A program made the position numbers and the translations under genes. 64,000 nucleotides of DNA. Origin: Eledone cirrhosa. Its lineage: Eukaryota. Each line of letters opens with the position of its first letter. Positions within the stretch are counted from its first letter, which is position 1. The DNA lies in assembly GCA_964016885.1 (NCBI GenBank), contig OZ024741.1, positions 320,850,001-320,914,000 of the forward strand, in the 5' to 3' direction. Below the pieces are notes generated by a model, which ran no database searches, was not told the DNA's origin, and saw nothing but the letters and a program-made list of their open reading frames with translations. Below, one piece after another: positions 1 through 11,185 of the stretch.

Positions 1-841
1 AGCGACGACGTACTTGGAGAAACTCTAGGCGTCGACGAAAATCAACTAGCCAATCTCTTCGGAAGGACTTTCGGGCTGGGGCCTATGGACAACTTCCAGA
101 AATCCCTGGCCTGGCAGTGCTACCGGGGTGCTTTGCCAGTTCAGGATAAACTCTACAGGCATGGAGGTGCCGTCAGCCGGGCATGTCCGAGATGCGCACA
201 GGGCGACGAAACCGTCCTGCACGCACTCGTCCAGTGTCCGAGCATTGCTGACTTGTGGGTTTATGTCGAACACCTGCTGTCACGTGTAGGACGGATCCAG
301 CTATCAGCTTAGTCCATCGTGAGGATTGCCCCGCCCTCTTCCTTTAGCCGGGAAGGGCAGGCAGTTTTTATCTGTCTGGTGGCCATGGCGAAAGAGATAG
401 TATGGTGGACACGTTTGAAAGGGCTGAAGACGAGCACTTACCTCTTCGGTGATGCACTGATTAACTTTTTCAAATTTCATTTGAAAAGGAAAATCAGGGT
501 AGAGAGGGAAGTGCTCTCTTCCCAGCATTTTGTTGAAAGATGGGTGAGAGAAGCAAGTATGGCCCGAATGAATGGGCCTTCTCTGAGTATGTGTCTGTAA
601 ATTAAAGGTGGAAAAGTGGGAGAGGGCACTTGCCCTGGTGGTCAGGGTAACTGTGGTCTTTTAATGGGCTTTCTCCACAAATGTCCCTCGGAAGTCTCCC
701 CCCTATTGGGGAATTTTTCTTTGTTATTTTATTACATCCTCTGTTTTTTACACGCAGAAATGCCCATTTGTACCGTCCTGTATTGTCCTGCACTCTCCTT
801 AATGTCTACTTTATGTAAACCCTTGTGGTTAATAAAGAAAA

Positions 842-887
<46 letters not shown>
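1..887 (+). mobile_element. 3' end of L1/Tx1-type LINE (ORF2 C-terminal zinc-finger region, 3' UTR, AATAAA, (TTA)n tail)
   Basis: ORFs 85-312 and 319-600 (LAWQCYRGALPV..CPRC..ETVLHALVQC) match the zf-RVT region of L1-like ORF2, with an in-frame stop at 310-312; homologous to the copy at 7.8-8.5 kb; AATAAA 831-836; (TTA)n 843-887. Confidence 0.9.
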
Positions 888-1157
888 GGTTTTGTTTCTG
901 GTGAAGCTGTCATTGTAAGAAGAAGAAGGTGGGGTACAGCAACAATAGCATGAGGGTGAGAGAACAAAAAACAAAGAGATAGAGAGGGAGAGTGAGAGAT
1001 CAAATCGTATGATTTATTATGCCATCTGCTGTAAGGCTTAAATGGATGGCGGGGGGTGTTAAATTCATTTGGAGACGTGGTTTGATTAATGATGACTAAC
1101 TTCTAATTTTTTTCTTCTTCATAAAAACAAAAACCTATACTAGAATAAGTTATTTGT

Positions 1158-1229
<72 letters not shown>

Positions 1230-1701
1230 GTGTGAGTATGTATGTGTGTGTGAATGTATGTGTGTGTTGAGGTAGTTGAAAGAACGAGTGAAATGAAACA
1301 ACCCGGTAAATAGGATATTGTAGATATTTCGGGTTCAACACATATTTCTATGCTTAATACGTGGGCATTTTTCTAAATAGATAATCTTATCAATAGGGAA
1401 TTGAGAAATTCTTTAAATTGCCGGATAAAATTATTGTTGAATTCTTTCTTTCTTTATTTGTGCATCCTGATTGCAACTCCTATCAAAGTCCACTTTGTCT
1501 TGTATGTTCTGAGGCGATTCTTATGTGTTCTTCCCTTCTCCCTACTTCTTTCTCTTTCTCTCTCTCCCGATTCTCAGAATAGGATGTAGCAGACATGACA
1601 GTGTCGTATAAAACCAAGAATATAAAATACACGCAGGACGGCAACAAGAAACCATTCTTGAATTCTCTCACGAAATCTCCTTGACAACAAACACGGCACC
1701 T

Positions 1702-1768
1702 TTCAAAAGAAATCATCAGGAAAACATTTCCTGGTGATTTCTTTTGAATGAAACAGTAGAAGCCATTT
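1702..1768. ncRNA. Fold-back pair of degenerate ~60-nt solo hammerhead motifs
   Basis: gaaatcatcagg..cctggtgatttcttttgaatgaaacagtagaagcc; same family as 21305, 48554, 48695, 50897 and 54008; core CTGGTGA, stem III partly deleted. Confidence 0.6.
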
Positions 1769-1780
1769 ATATATTAAATG

Positions 1781-1840
<60 letters not shown>

Positions 1841-1842
<2 letters not shown>

Positions 1843-2870
1843 ATAATAATAAATTTGAAGACTAAAATCGAAAGAGGGCTCGATAAGGATAAATATATAT
1901 CAAATATATACGAACCGTAGAGCAAATATTTATTAAAATAACAGATTAAAGTTTAAGCAAAGAATCGCTGCTTTCACCCTTAACGGGATCTTCTGAAACT
2001 AACAAAGTCAATCTGTAAACGCAGAAGTGAATATTTCAAAAAGCGTTGCAACCGGATGAAGACAGGAAGACGATACTTTGGTTCGTGGAAACGTTCCCTG
2101 GCAAAGAACGGGAAAAAACGAATATAATACGTCATTATTTGGAGCGGTGAAAAACAATTACACGCAAAGACAAAAACACGTTTACGGTATAAAAGAAGTC
2201 GTAGACTAATGTTTTCTTAGGTGGTTCATAGAGACGTTCTCTGGCAATGAGCCGGGAAAAAACGAAGATAATACGTCATATGTGGAGCGTGAAGAACAAT
2301 TGCACGCAAAGACAAAACCACGTAAATGGTATAACTGAAGTCGTAGACTAAAATTCTAACTAGGAAACCGAATGATTCTCGGCTTCAGCGTTAAGAATAA
2401 AGTAAATAAAATACAGAGGTAATTGAAATTAAATAAATACATACACGCATCCATATACGTACATACAAAAGCATACGCGAAAACACTCGCCATAGGTATA
2501 CAAATACACGCACATATAAATATGTGTGTGTGCGTGTATAAAAATAATTAAATAAACGTATATAAATAAATAAATACGTATATAACACGCGCGCACACAT
2601 ACCTACATGTAAATACACAAATGTTCGGAGACGTACGTCAACCAAAACACGAAGTACACATATACACACACCCTACATACGTACGAACCCGCATACTCAC
2701 ACAGACGCAGAACTCACGTATACACATAACCAAAAGCATATGTACCAGAATATATAAAATATACGCCATAACATATACAATCAAATATACGTACGAGAAA
2801 GTATACGTACCTTCACAAAACATACAGGTAATATATACTTACCTATGAAAATAAGTAATGGTATAAACAT
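1841..2870 (-). mobile_element. (TA)n-embedded repeat with a degenerate hammerhead (probable PLE pLTR or retrozyme)
   Basis: Flanked by (TA)n on both sides; internal ~141-bp tandem duplication (about 2083-2350); its terminus recurs inverted at 16270-16322; HHR-like fold at 1949-2001. Confidence 0.5.
1949..2001 (-). ncRNA. Type I hammerhead-like motif, core CAGAAGA (U4A, probably inactive)
   Basis: Minus strand: agttt CAGAAGA t-ccc gttaa ggg-t GAAA gca..tgc TT aaact; stems I, II and III all pair. Confidence 0.55.
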
Positions 2871-2888
2871 AATTATATATATATATAT

Positions 2889-2945
<57 letters not shown>

Positions 2946-3103
2946 ATATATATATATATATTTATATATATATATATATTATATGCATATAAATATGGAT
3001 ATATACATATAGATATATAGATATTTTATATATAATATATATATATATTATATATTATATATATAATATATATAATATATATACAATATATATATATATA
3101 TAC

Positions 3104-4027
3104 AATATGTAGAAAATATAACACACAAGAGAGAGAGATAGTGCGCCATCAGTCAAACAGGGAAAAAACCACCAGTGTATGGAATCTATAGCCCATGGAA
3201 GGCAGAGTAGGCACACGATAATTAAAAGTATAAATTAAAGTGTAAATACATACCTCGATAACTATCTAACACACACACACGTACAAATTTTAAAAGATCT
3301 GTTTCGCCAAATAAGTTGTTGACAGAAATGATTAGCCCATGGTTCATCAGCGTGTGTAAGGCTATACATCTCAGACAACTCTAAGAGAATATAAAGCGAC
3401 CATCCAGCCACACTTGGGAGAGAGAATTCACAGCGTGCCTAGGGCAGTAACCAGTAGTCTCTGAGGAATGAGCTGCTAGAAAGGGCAGCCCAAACCACTC
3501 AGAGAAGTGTGCTCAACCAAACAGAGAGAGAGGGAAGACTGTTATAAGGAACGAAATATCACGATAAATTAACGGAGCCATAGACTGTCGCTATTCCCTG
3601 TCAGTAATGTGCTCAAAGGAGAAGAAATCCCGAGCCCCTTATAATCCAATATGTAGAAAAGATAACACACTAGAGAGAGAGATAGTTCGCCATCAGTCAA
3701 ACAAGGAAAAACCACCAGTGTATGGAATCTATAGCCCATGGAAGGCAGTGAAGGCACACAATAATTAAAAGTATAAATTAAAGTGTAAATACATGCCTCG
3801 ATAACTATCTAACACACACGTACAAATCCCAAATAAGTTGTTGACAGAAATGCCCATGGTTCATCAGCGTGTGTAAGGCTATACATCTCAGACAACACTA
3901 AGAGAATCTAAAGCGACCGTCCAGCCACACGTGGGAGAGAGTATTGACAGCGTGCCTGGGGCAGTAACGTTGAGCACATTACTGACAGAAATAGCGAGAG
4001 TCTATGGCTCCGTTAATTTATCGTAAT
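3104..4027 (-). mobile_element. ~544-bp tandem unit (about 1.6 copies) plus inverted terminal piece, hammerhead-bearing (retrozyme/pLTR-like)
   Basis: Sequence from 3104 repeats from 3648; 3968-4027 is an inverted copy of about 3555-3617; flanked by (TA)n and (TG)n. Confidence 0.75.
3274..3357 (-). ncRNA. Type I hammerhead ribozyme (GUA site)
   Basis: Minus: acacacg CTGATGA a-cca...tgg-c GAAA cagat cttttaaa atttg TA cgtgtgt; 7-bp stem I, stem III with one G-U pair. The second copy (about 3812-3875) has lost GAAA by deletion. Confidence 0.8.
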
Positions 4028-4046
4028 ATATATATATATGTGTGTG

Positions 4047-4152
<106 letters not shown>

Positions 4153-4865
4153 CGCGCGCGCGCGCGCGCGTGTGTGTGTATATATATTATATTATATTAT
4201 ATTATAATATATGCATGGTAAAAATTTGAAAAAGATAGTGAACTGCCCACATGATCAACTAAGGGGATTAAAATGTTTTTTTGAGAAATTTTGAAATCGC
4301 ACATATTTCAAAAAATTATTCTGACACTCCCATATTAGTAACTAACCTGGTTACTGCTCAGAAATGGTCTACTGTATGCTAAGTAACAGGAAAACAATTG
4401 TGGTTGCTTTATCTAGTGTACCTATTGAGATAAAAATACGTATAAGAGGCATATATTTGCTGTACGTTTAATTCTTGGCAATTTTCAGAGGCCTGTAGAT
4501 GGCCTAAAAATATACAAAATACCCTTGATTTGATAAGATATTTGAACTCTACAGAAACAGTTAACCCCAAACACATATTTCAAAGTTGTCCTTACCTTAT
4601 TAGCGGAAGAATGGCTGTCTCAAGTTGGCCCGAGAGGCTTGTTCGGAAAAAAATGTATAATTAATAAATATTTTAAAGGCCTACAATTTCAAAACTACCA
4701 AAGATATTAACCTAATACTTGACAGTTTTCCATCATTTAGGTACAAGAGGTACTATGAATTTTTTCAGGGGGATCTGAAGGTGTGACCTGGGAAATTTTT
4801 CTGAAATTTGGTGATTTGATATGGAATAACCCTATATTATATATATATATATATTATATATATAT

Positions 4866-4914
<49 letters not shown>

Positions 4915-4941
4915 TATATATATATATATATATATACAGTA

Positions 4942-4975
<34 letters not shown>

Positions 4976-5174
4976 ACAAACGAAATGTGGTAAGGAACCA
5001 GATGGACCATAACGCACCAAAGTACTCAATACTTAGGGTAGTAGAGTGGGTAATAGGAACTAGTATGACCCCGACGGCAGAGCTCAAGCCGTTTCGACGG
5101 CTAATTCTGGACTCAATTCGTCCAGAATTAGCCGTCGAAACGGCTTGAGCTCTGCCGTCGGGGTCATACTTGTT

Positions 5175-5177
<3 letters not shown>
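4976..5177. repeat. Fold-back fragment of the PLE terminal repeat seen at 36.5-38.3 kb (HHR stem III plus downstream sequence)
   Basis: gccgtcGAAAcggcttgagctctgccgTCggggtcat in both orientations, inside (TA)n; other copies at 36203-36381, 38335-38520 and 54138-54258. Confidence 0.75.
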
Positions 5178-5227
<50 letters not shown>

Positions 5228-5231
<4 letters not shown>

Positions 5232-5360
5232 AAACCAAGAAATATATGTTTTATACGAAGTAAAGTTAACAGTTTTTGTGTGTTTTATATATGTATATAT
5301 AAAACACACAAAACTGTTAACTTTACTTCATATAAAACATATATTTCTTGGTTTCAATAT
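5228..5360. repeat. Near-perfect ~130-bp palindrome adjoining (TA)n
   Basis: attgaaaccaagaaatatatgttttata..aagtaaagttaacagt / actgttaactttactt..tataaaacatatatttcttggtttcaat. Confidence 0.8.
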
Positions 5361-5765
5361 TTTTGTCGCACCCTCAGCGCTTCAGTCACTGACACAGCTT
5401 TACTGCAAGACAACCCAGAACTAACATGATTGTTTGTTATCTTTAGGTCAGCCCTGCTCCATTAAATGTACAATGAAAGTCATTCCAGCTCTGATTATCC
5501 GCATCTTTTATTCTGACATTACATATGTGTTCTGTTTGGGGTAAATAATATTGCAATTTCTAACATATCTATCAAGCATGTACAGACTCCTTCATTGTGT
5601 TGTCCGATCTCACATTCTTGTTGTTACCGTTTAGGCCCATGTGAAGCCTAGTAGAGTCTCAATCACATTCCATTCGACTTGTTTGTATTTAACATCCGGA
5701 AAACTGTAGGTTTTATTTTATTGAGGATTTGGTTATTGCAATTGTATTACTATTATTGTTTTCTA

Positions 5766-5997
5766 GGGCGGTGGATTGGCAATATCGGTAGAACGTCGGA
5801 CATCATGCTTTGCGACATGGAGTTACGGCCCTTTCCGTTCTGTGTTCAAATGCCGCCATGGTTAGCTTTGCTTTTCATCCTTACGGGGTCGATAAAATAA
5901 AATACCAGTAATGCACGGAGGGGGGGGGGGTATTTAATCGACTTTCCCTTTCCCAAAAAATTGTTGGCCTTGTGCCTAAAGTAGAAACCGTTATTGT
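5766..5997 (+). mobile_element. tRNA-derived SINE with Nin/Deu-like core
   Basis: B-box-like gttcaaat and conserved core ctttcatccttacggggtcgataaaataaa(g)taccag; multiple copies in the window. Confidence 0.85.
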
Positions 5998-6095
5998 TTA
6001 TCTTTTTTAGTCTCAGGTCAAACCTTGTCAAGTAGACTTACTATCAAAACTCATTCCATTCCAGGCCTTTCTTTCTAGAGTTATTTATAACTACA

Positions 6096-6281
6096 ATGGT
6101 GGTGGATTGGCAGTATCAGTAGACGGTCGGACGCTATGTTTTCCAGCATAGTTACGTCCCTTTACGATCTGAGTTCAAATCCCGCCGAGGTTGACTTTGC
6201 CTTTCATCCTTACGGGGTCGATAAAATAAAGTACCAGTAATGCACTGGGTAATTGTTGGCCTTGTGCCTAAAGTAGAAACA
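6096..6281 (+). mobile_element. tRNA-derived SINE (same family) with target-site duplication
   Basis: Same consensus; agttatttataactaca duplicated at about 6079-6095 and 6281-6297. Confidence 0.9.
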
Positions 6282-6722
6282 GTTATTTATAACTACACTA
6301 TCTAATATATATTTCCCTCTTTAAAAACTGCAGTGTGTGGCGTGTTTGAGTGTGTGTGCTTGTAAATATCATCGTTGATGGATATATGTATGTTTGTATG
6401 TGTTTAAAATATGTCTTTCTATGTTTGCATTTACGTCTGAGTATATACATGCATGTGTGTGGCTGTTTATGATATTACGTGACTCTATATATGTGTGTAT
6501 ATTTGTATATCTGTGTATCCATGTATTCATATGTATGTGTGTTTCTGTGCATCTCAATATGTATATCTGTGTCTGTGGCTGTGAATATGAGACTGTGAGT
6601 TATTGTGTGATTGTGCCTCTGCATGGGACATTTTTTATGGATGTGCGCAGGAATTTAAATGTATGTGTTTACGAGAATGTGTAGATATAGGTTTCAGTGT
6701 TCCTGTGTGCGACTTTACGTGC

Positions 6723-6768
<46 letters not shown>

Positions 6769-7889
6769 GTGTGTGTGTTTAACTGTGTTTTTAACGTTGG
6801 GCGTGTTTGTATGTATGTGTGACAATATGTGTGTACGGTGATTACATTATTATATTACTATATGTGTCTATGTGTCTATGTTATAATTATACACTTGTGT
6901 AATAATAATTATAATAACCGGTAATTTCCGGTCGCCAAATACGTAGGAATTCTTTTTTTTTTATTAACTTAATTATTCTATTTTACATTATATCTTTTCT
7001 TTTTCATCAAACATAAATTACTTCACTTATTAGGGTTGTCAGACTGCACAACATGTAATGGATTACACTGTTCTTTCGAAGTCGTATGTTACTTTATTTT
7101 ATCTTGGGTTACTAACTACTCTGGATCTACAATTTCTGTTAGGGTGAGGTGGGTCTACATTTTTTACTGCTCTATTTTATCGAAAATGTATATTACTGAT
7201 ATTCTGTAGTAATTAGTAAAATTCAGTCAGGTCACTCTTGAGTACTACTAGTAACATGTCACCCAGTACAAACTGTCACATGGTCGGATCGTCAGCGACT
7301 AAACTGACAACCACCAAGAAAACTTAACAAAAGACGGAGTCAACGACCATCCCATAAGGTATAAATATGTATATGTTAACTTAAGTGTCTGCAGAAGTAT
7401 AGTAGATTTCCCTGGTTTGGCACTGGATGGTCTTTTGGGGCGTCTACTTTTACCTCAGTGTCTGTTCAACGTGTCACTCGGTAAACTGATGACGCTCTTT
7501 CAAGCTGAGCACCTAAACTCTCTCAGTTCGACGACCGACCTGCGTGGTGAAAATCCGCATCTTACACGAGATGTTTCAGATACGACTATCATAGGATAGT
7601 CTAGCAGAAGAAGAAGAAGAAGAAGAAGAAGAAGAAGAAGAAGAAGATTGATTTCATTTATTAGCCACAAGGGCCGACATGTAGGGGACAATACAAAGAC
7701 AGGGACAGTGGGGGTTTACAATAAGGTCGAGTAAAAGTGCACAATGGCAAGACTAATTTAACAATGAAAATATAAAAATATAAAATAAACTATGCATAAA
7801 TATAACAAAATAAATTCTCCGATAGGAGGTGGACGACCCTGGGGTGATTCGGGTACCCCACCAATACTGAACCACCCTGCGCTTCTAGG

Positions 7890-10800
7890 GCACCCAGGGA
7901 GAGCACCCCTCTCTTCAAGTTAGCTATGGTCAGAGTAGGCCCATTCACACGAGCCATTCTCGCCACATTCACCCACCTTTTAGCGAATGTACTGGGGGGC
8001 AGCACTTCTCTCTCCACCCTCACCCTCCTTTCCAGGTGAAACTTGAAGAAGTTGATGAGGGATTGGCCGAAGAGAAAAGTGTCTGTCTTTAGTCCTTTCA
8101 ACCTGGTTCACCATATAATCTCTTTCGCAACTGCCACCAGACAGTTGGACAAGTGCGTGCAGAACGGTTTCGCCGTTCTGTGCGCATCTTGGGCAGGTCC
8201 GTCTGACAGCACTTCCGTGCCTGTAGAGTTTATCCCGAACCGGCAGTGCCCCCCGGTAGCACTGCCAAGCGAGGGATTTCTGGAAATTGTCCATCGTCCC
8301 CGGCTCAAAAGTCCTCCGGTACAGACTGGTCAGTTCGACTTCGTCGAGGCCCAAAGCTTCTCCGAGTGCGTCATCGCACTTGCCCACCACTAATCCTCTA
8401 TAGAACTCGAGAGTGGAAGTTCCACTGATCGCATTGCCCGCTTGGTAGAGGGCAGTGAGTGCCTGGCAACATTCCAGGTGCCAGTCACCCAGTCTCGGTC
8501 TCTTCTTGACCCAGGACTGCAGCTCAGTCAAAGAAATGAGCTACGGATAGGCCCGTCTGATAAACGGCGACCACACCTGTTCACCATTGAGGCAGAATAT
8601 CTGGAGATGTCGCAGCCTCAACGCATATCTGCACATCATTAGCCACGGCAGCCCAGCCCTCCGCGTAGAGGGTGCTGGCAGCAGATGGACCGCCTCACCA
8701 ACGGAACTTGTCCCCTCCACAAGAATTTGAAGAGGAGCCGTTCCAACTTGACGAGGCGCGGACGGGGGTAAGGCACGACGGTTAGGCGGTAGTAGATGAC
8801 GGACGCGATGTACGCATTCGCCACCTCCGCGCGACCTTTCAGTGATAGCTTCCTCCCAGCCCATTTTTGGGTGAGACTGGCTACTCTGCTCGTCACCTCG
8901 TCCCAATTCTTTTCCACCTGGAGGTCTGGTCCGAACCAAACCCCGAGCAACTTTACCGGTCCGTCCGTCCAGCGCCCCACGACGCTGTTGGACGGCATGG
9001 GCTTGCCTCTTCAGGTTCCGAGCTGCAAGCCCACCGACTTTTCCGGGTTAAGTTTGGCTCCTGTCAACCTTGCATATTCCTTCAAAAAGGTGCCGACCAC
9101 CTCGATTTCTGAGGTGTTCGACACCATCACGGTGATGTCGTCCGCATAAGCCGACACCGCCTTTCCACGTCCCGGTTCGAGCGGGATGCCCTGCAACAGC
9201 TCCAGCTTCCGCAGTAAAGGCTCGAGAGTCAATACGTACAGAAGGGAAGAGAGAGGGCACCCTTGACGGACCGATCGGGAGAGCCGAAATGGTTCCGAGA
9301 GGTGGCCATTAACCTTGACCACCGAGCGTTTGCCGCTGTGCATTGCAACGATCCATCTTCTAAAGACAGGGCCGAAGCCAGCTGCTTTGAGGACAAACTC
9401 CAGATACTGATGGTCGACCCTATCGAATGCTTTCGATTGATCTAAATTGATCAGTGCCCCACCGAAGCCAGGTTTACACCCTACCCTCTCTATGATGTAT
9501 CGCATGAGGTGGAGATTGTCGTGTATGGACCTGGCTGGGATTGCGCAAGTTTGCGCCTCCCCAACCAAATCCTCGACGACAAGCGCCAATCTCTTTGCTA
9601 ACACCTTGGCCAAAATCTTAAACTCTGTGTTGAGCAGAGTTATGGGCCTGAAGTTGTCTAATGTATCCCACTTGTTCTCGTCTTTCCTTATCAGCGTCAC
9701 CACTCCCTTGCTCACAGAACTGGGAATTGCAGTAGAGTGCTTCGAGGAGTTCGGAGAAGTCTGGCATATTTACGTAAAGCTCGTAGGGCAGGCCATCCAA
9801 ACCGGGTGACTTGCGCCTCATGCAGCCGACAAGGGCGTCCTGAATTTCGGCTGAGGTAATCGGCCTTTCGCAGCGCTCAGCGTCGACCGTCGAGATACGC
9901 GGCAAGCCGTCAAGGTAGGGACTGAAATCCGCTACTCTCTCTGACTCGCCACTCTCCCTAAACAACCGAGCAAAGTGCTGGCGAAAGGCCTCACACATCC
10001 GCTTGGATTCGCTTATCTCGTGTCCGTCTCGGTCCGCCAAAGACCGAATTGTGGTTTTATTACCACGCTGCGCCTCCGCCACGCGGGCCCATCGAACAGC
10101 TTCAGTTCCCTCGTTTCTCAGCGCACGCGCCTTAGCTCTGACAATGCAACCTTCGTGTTTGGCATTGAAGAAATGGTCTAATGACATTCTCGCCGCTAGC
10201 ACGTCAGTTGCGATGCCACTACAAATAGCCTCGTCTAACTTATCTACAGCTCCCCCTCCTTTCTATTTTTCTCTAACGCTAGTTCTTTGCTGAACTCTAT
10301 CGAAGTTACTCTAATCTCACTTTTGAGAGCCCCCCACCATCTGTTGTTGATGATCCCCCCTGTCAACTTTTGCTTAACTAAATTGTTGACTCGGTCCCTG
10401 TAAGCCTTACGTGCCGGAAATGACATGTTCAGCTTCCAGTAACCCGGTCCTAACCTACGCGTTTTATTTAGGTCGACCGTACAGATCACAAATTTGTGAT
10501 CTGAATAGGCGACCGTTTTAAAAAGTGGACAGCCCACACTATTTCTATCTATTTTCCTAATGAAGATCCTGTCTATATACGATCTAGATGACCCCATTCG
10601 GTTGGTCCATGTCCATATTGGCACATTGGGGAAATCTAGTCGATACCTGTCAGACAGTTGGAACTGGCTGAGTAGGTGCTTGAGGCTTTTGCACTCCCCG
10701 CTCCTATCGGCTACTCCCACACAATCCCAGCGTGCGTCTAAGATGCCATTCCAGTCCCCCGCTAACAGTAAAGGGCGAGACGTACCCAGAAAGGTCTCCA

Positions 10801-11176
10801 GGCGCCTAAAGAAGTCAGGTCGTCCGGCCCCTGTAGGGGCGTAGACGGCCAGCAGTCTAAAGGCACCACCTTCGCTACTGCTCACATCCAAGACCACCAA
10901 CTTACCGTCCGGGTCCCGGAAGATCGACCTTACCTCGAGATCCAGTCCTTTCCTAAACAGCACTGCCACCCCATCCCCCATTCCCGGCCTGCTAACAGAT
11001 GCGAAGATCTGATAGTCATCGAAAATGGGGGCTAGTGCGCGCGTGTCGGAAATTCTGGTCTCGCTTATGGCAATCACATCCATTTCCAGCGACCGCAGGT
11101 CGTTGAGCAGGCGACCCTGCTTCCAGGGTGACCCCAGGCCGCGAACATTTAAACTTCCTACTCTTAATGTGGCCAT
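7890..11176 (-). pseudogene. LINE ORF2: AP endonuclease, reverse transcriptase, C-terminal zinc finger
   Basis: APE (SLNVRGL, ISETR, GDWN, SYIDRIF, SDHK) at 10244-11176; RT (FRPITLLN, DQSKAFDRV, RQGCPLS, AYADD) at 9011-9715; C-terminal pieces at 8639-8998 and 7980-8531; split over several frames, with deletions near 9720 and 8140 relative to expectation and to the copy at 1-600. Confidence 0.93.
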
Positions 11177-11185
11177 ATTGGTAAG

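Noticed and set aside
4210-4832. DNA-transposon end (..gatttgatatggaataaccc)
   Set aside because: No matching second terminal repeat or transposase in the window, so it cannot be classified.
5766-5880. tRNA gene
   Set aside because: B-box-like motif belongs to a multi-copy SINE head; no cloverleaf.
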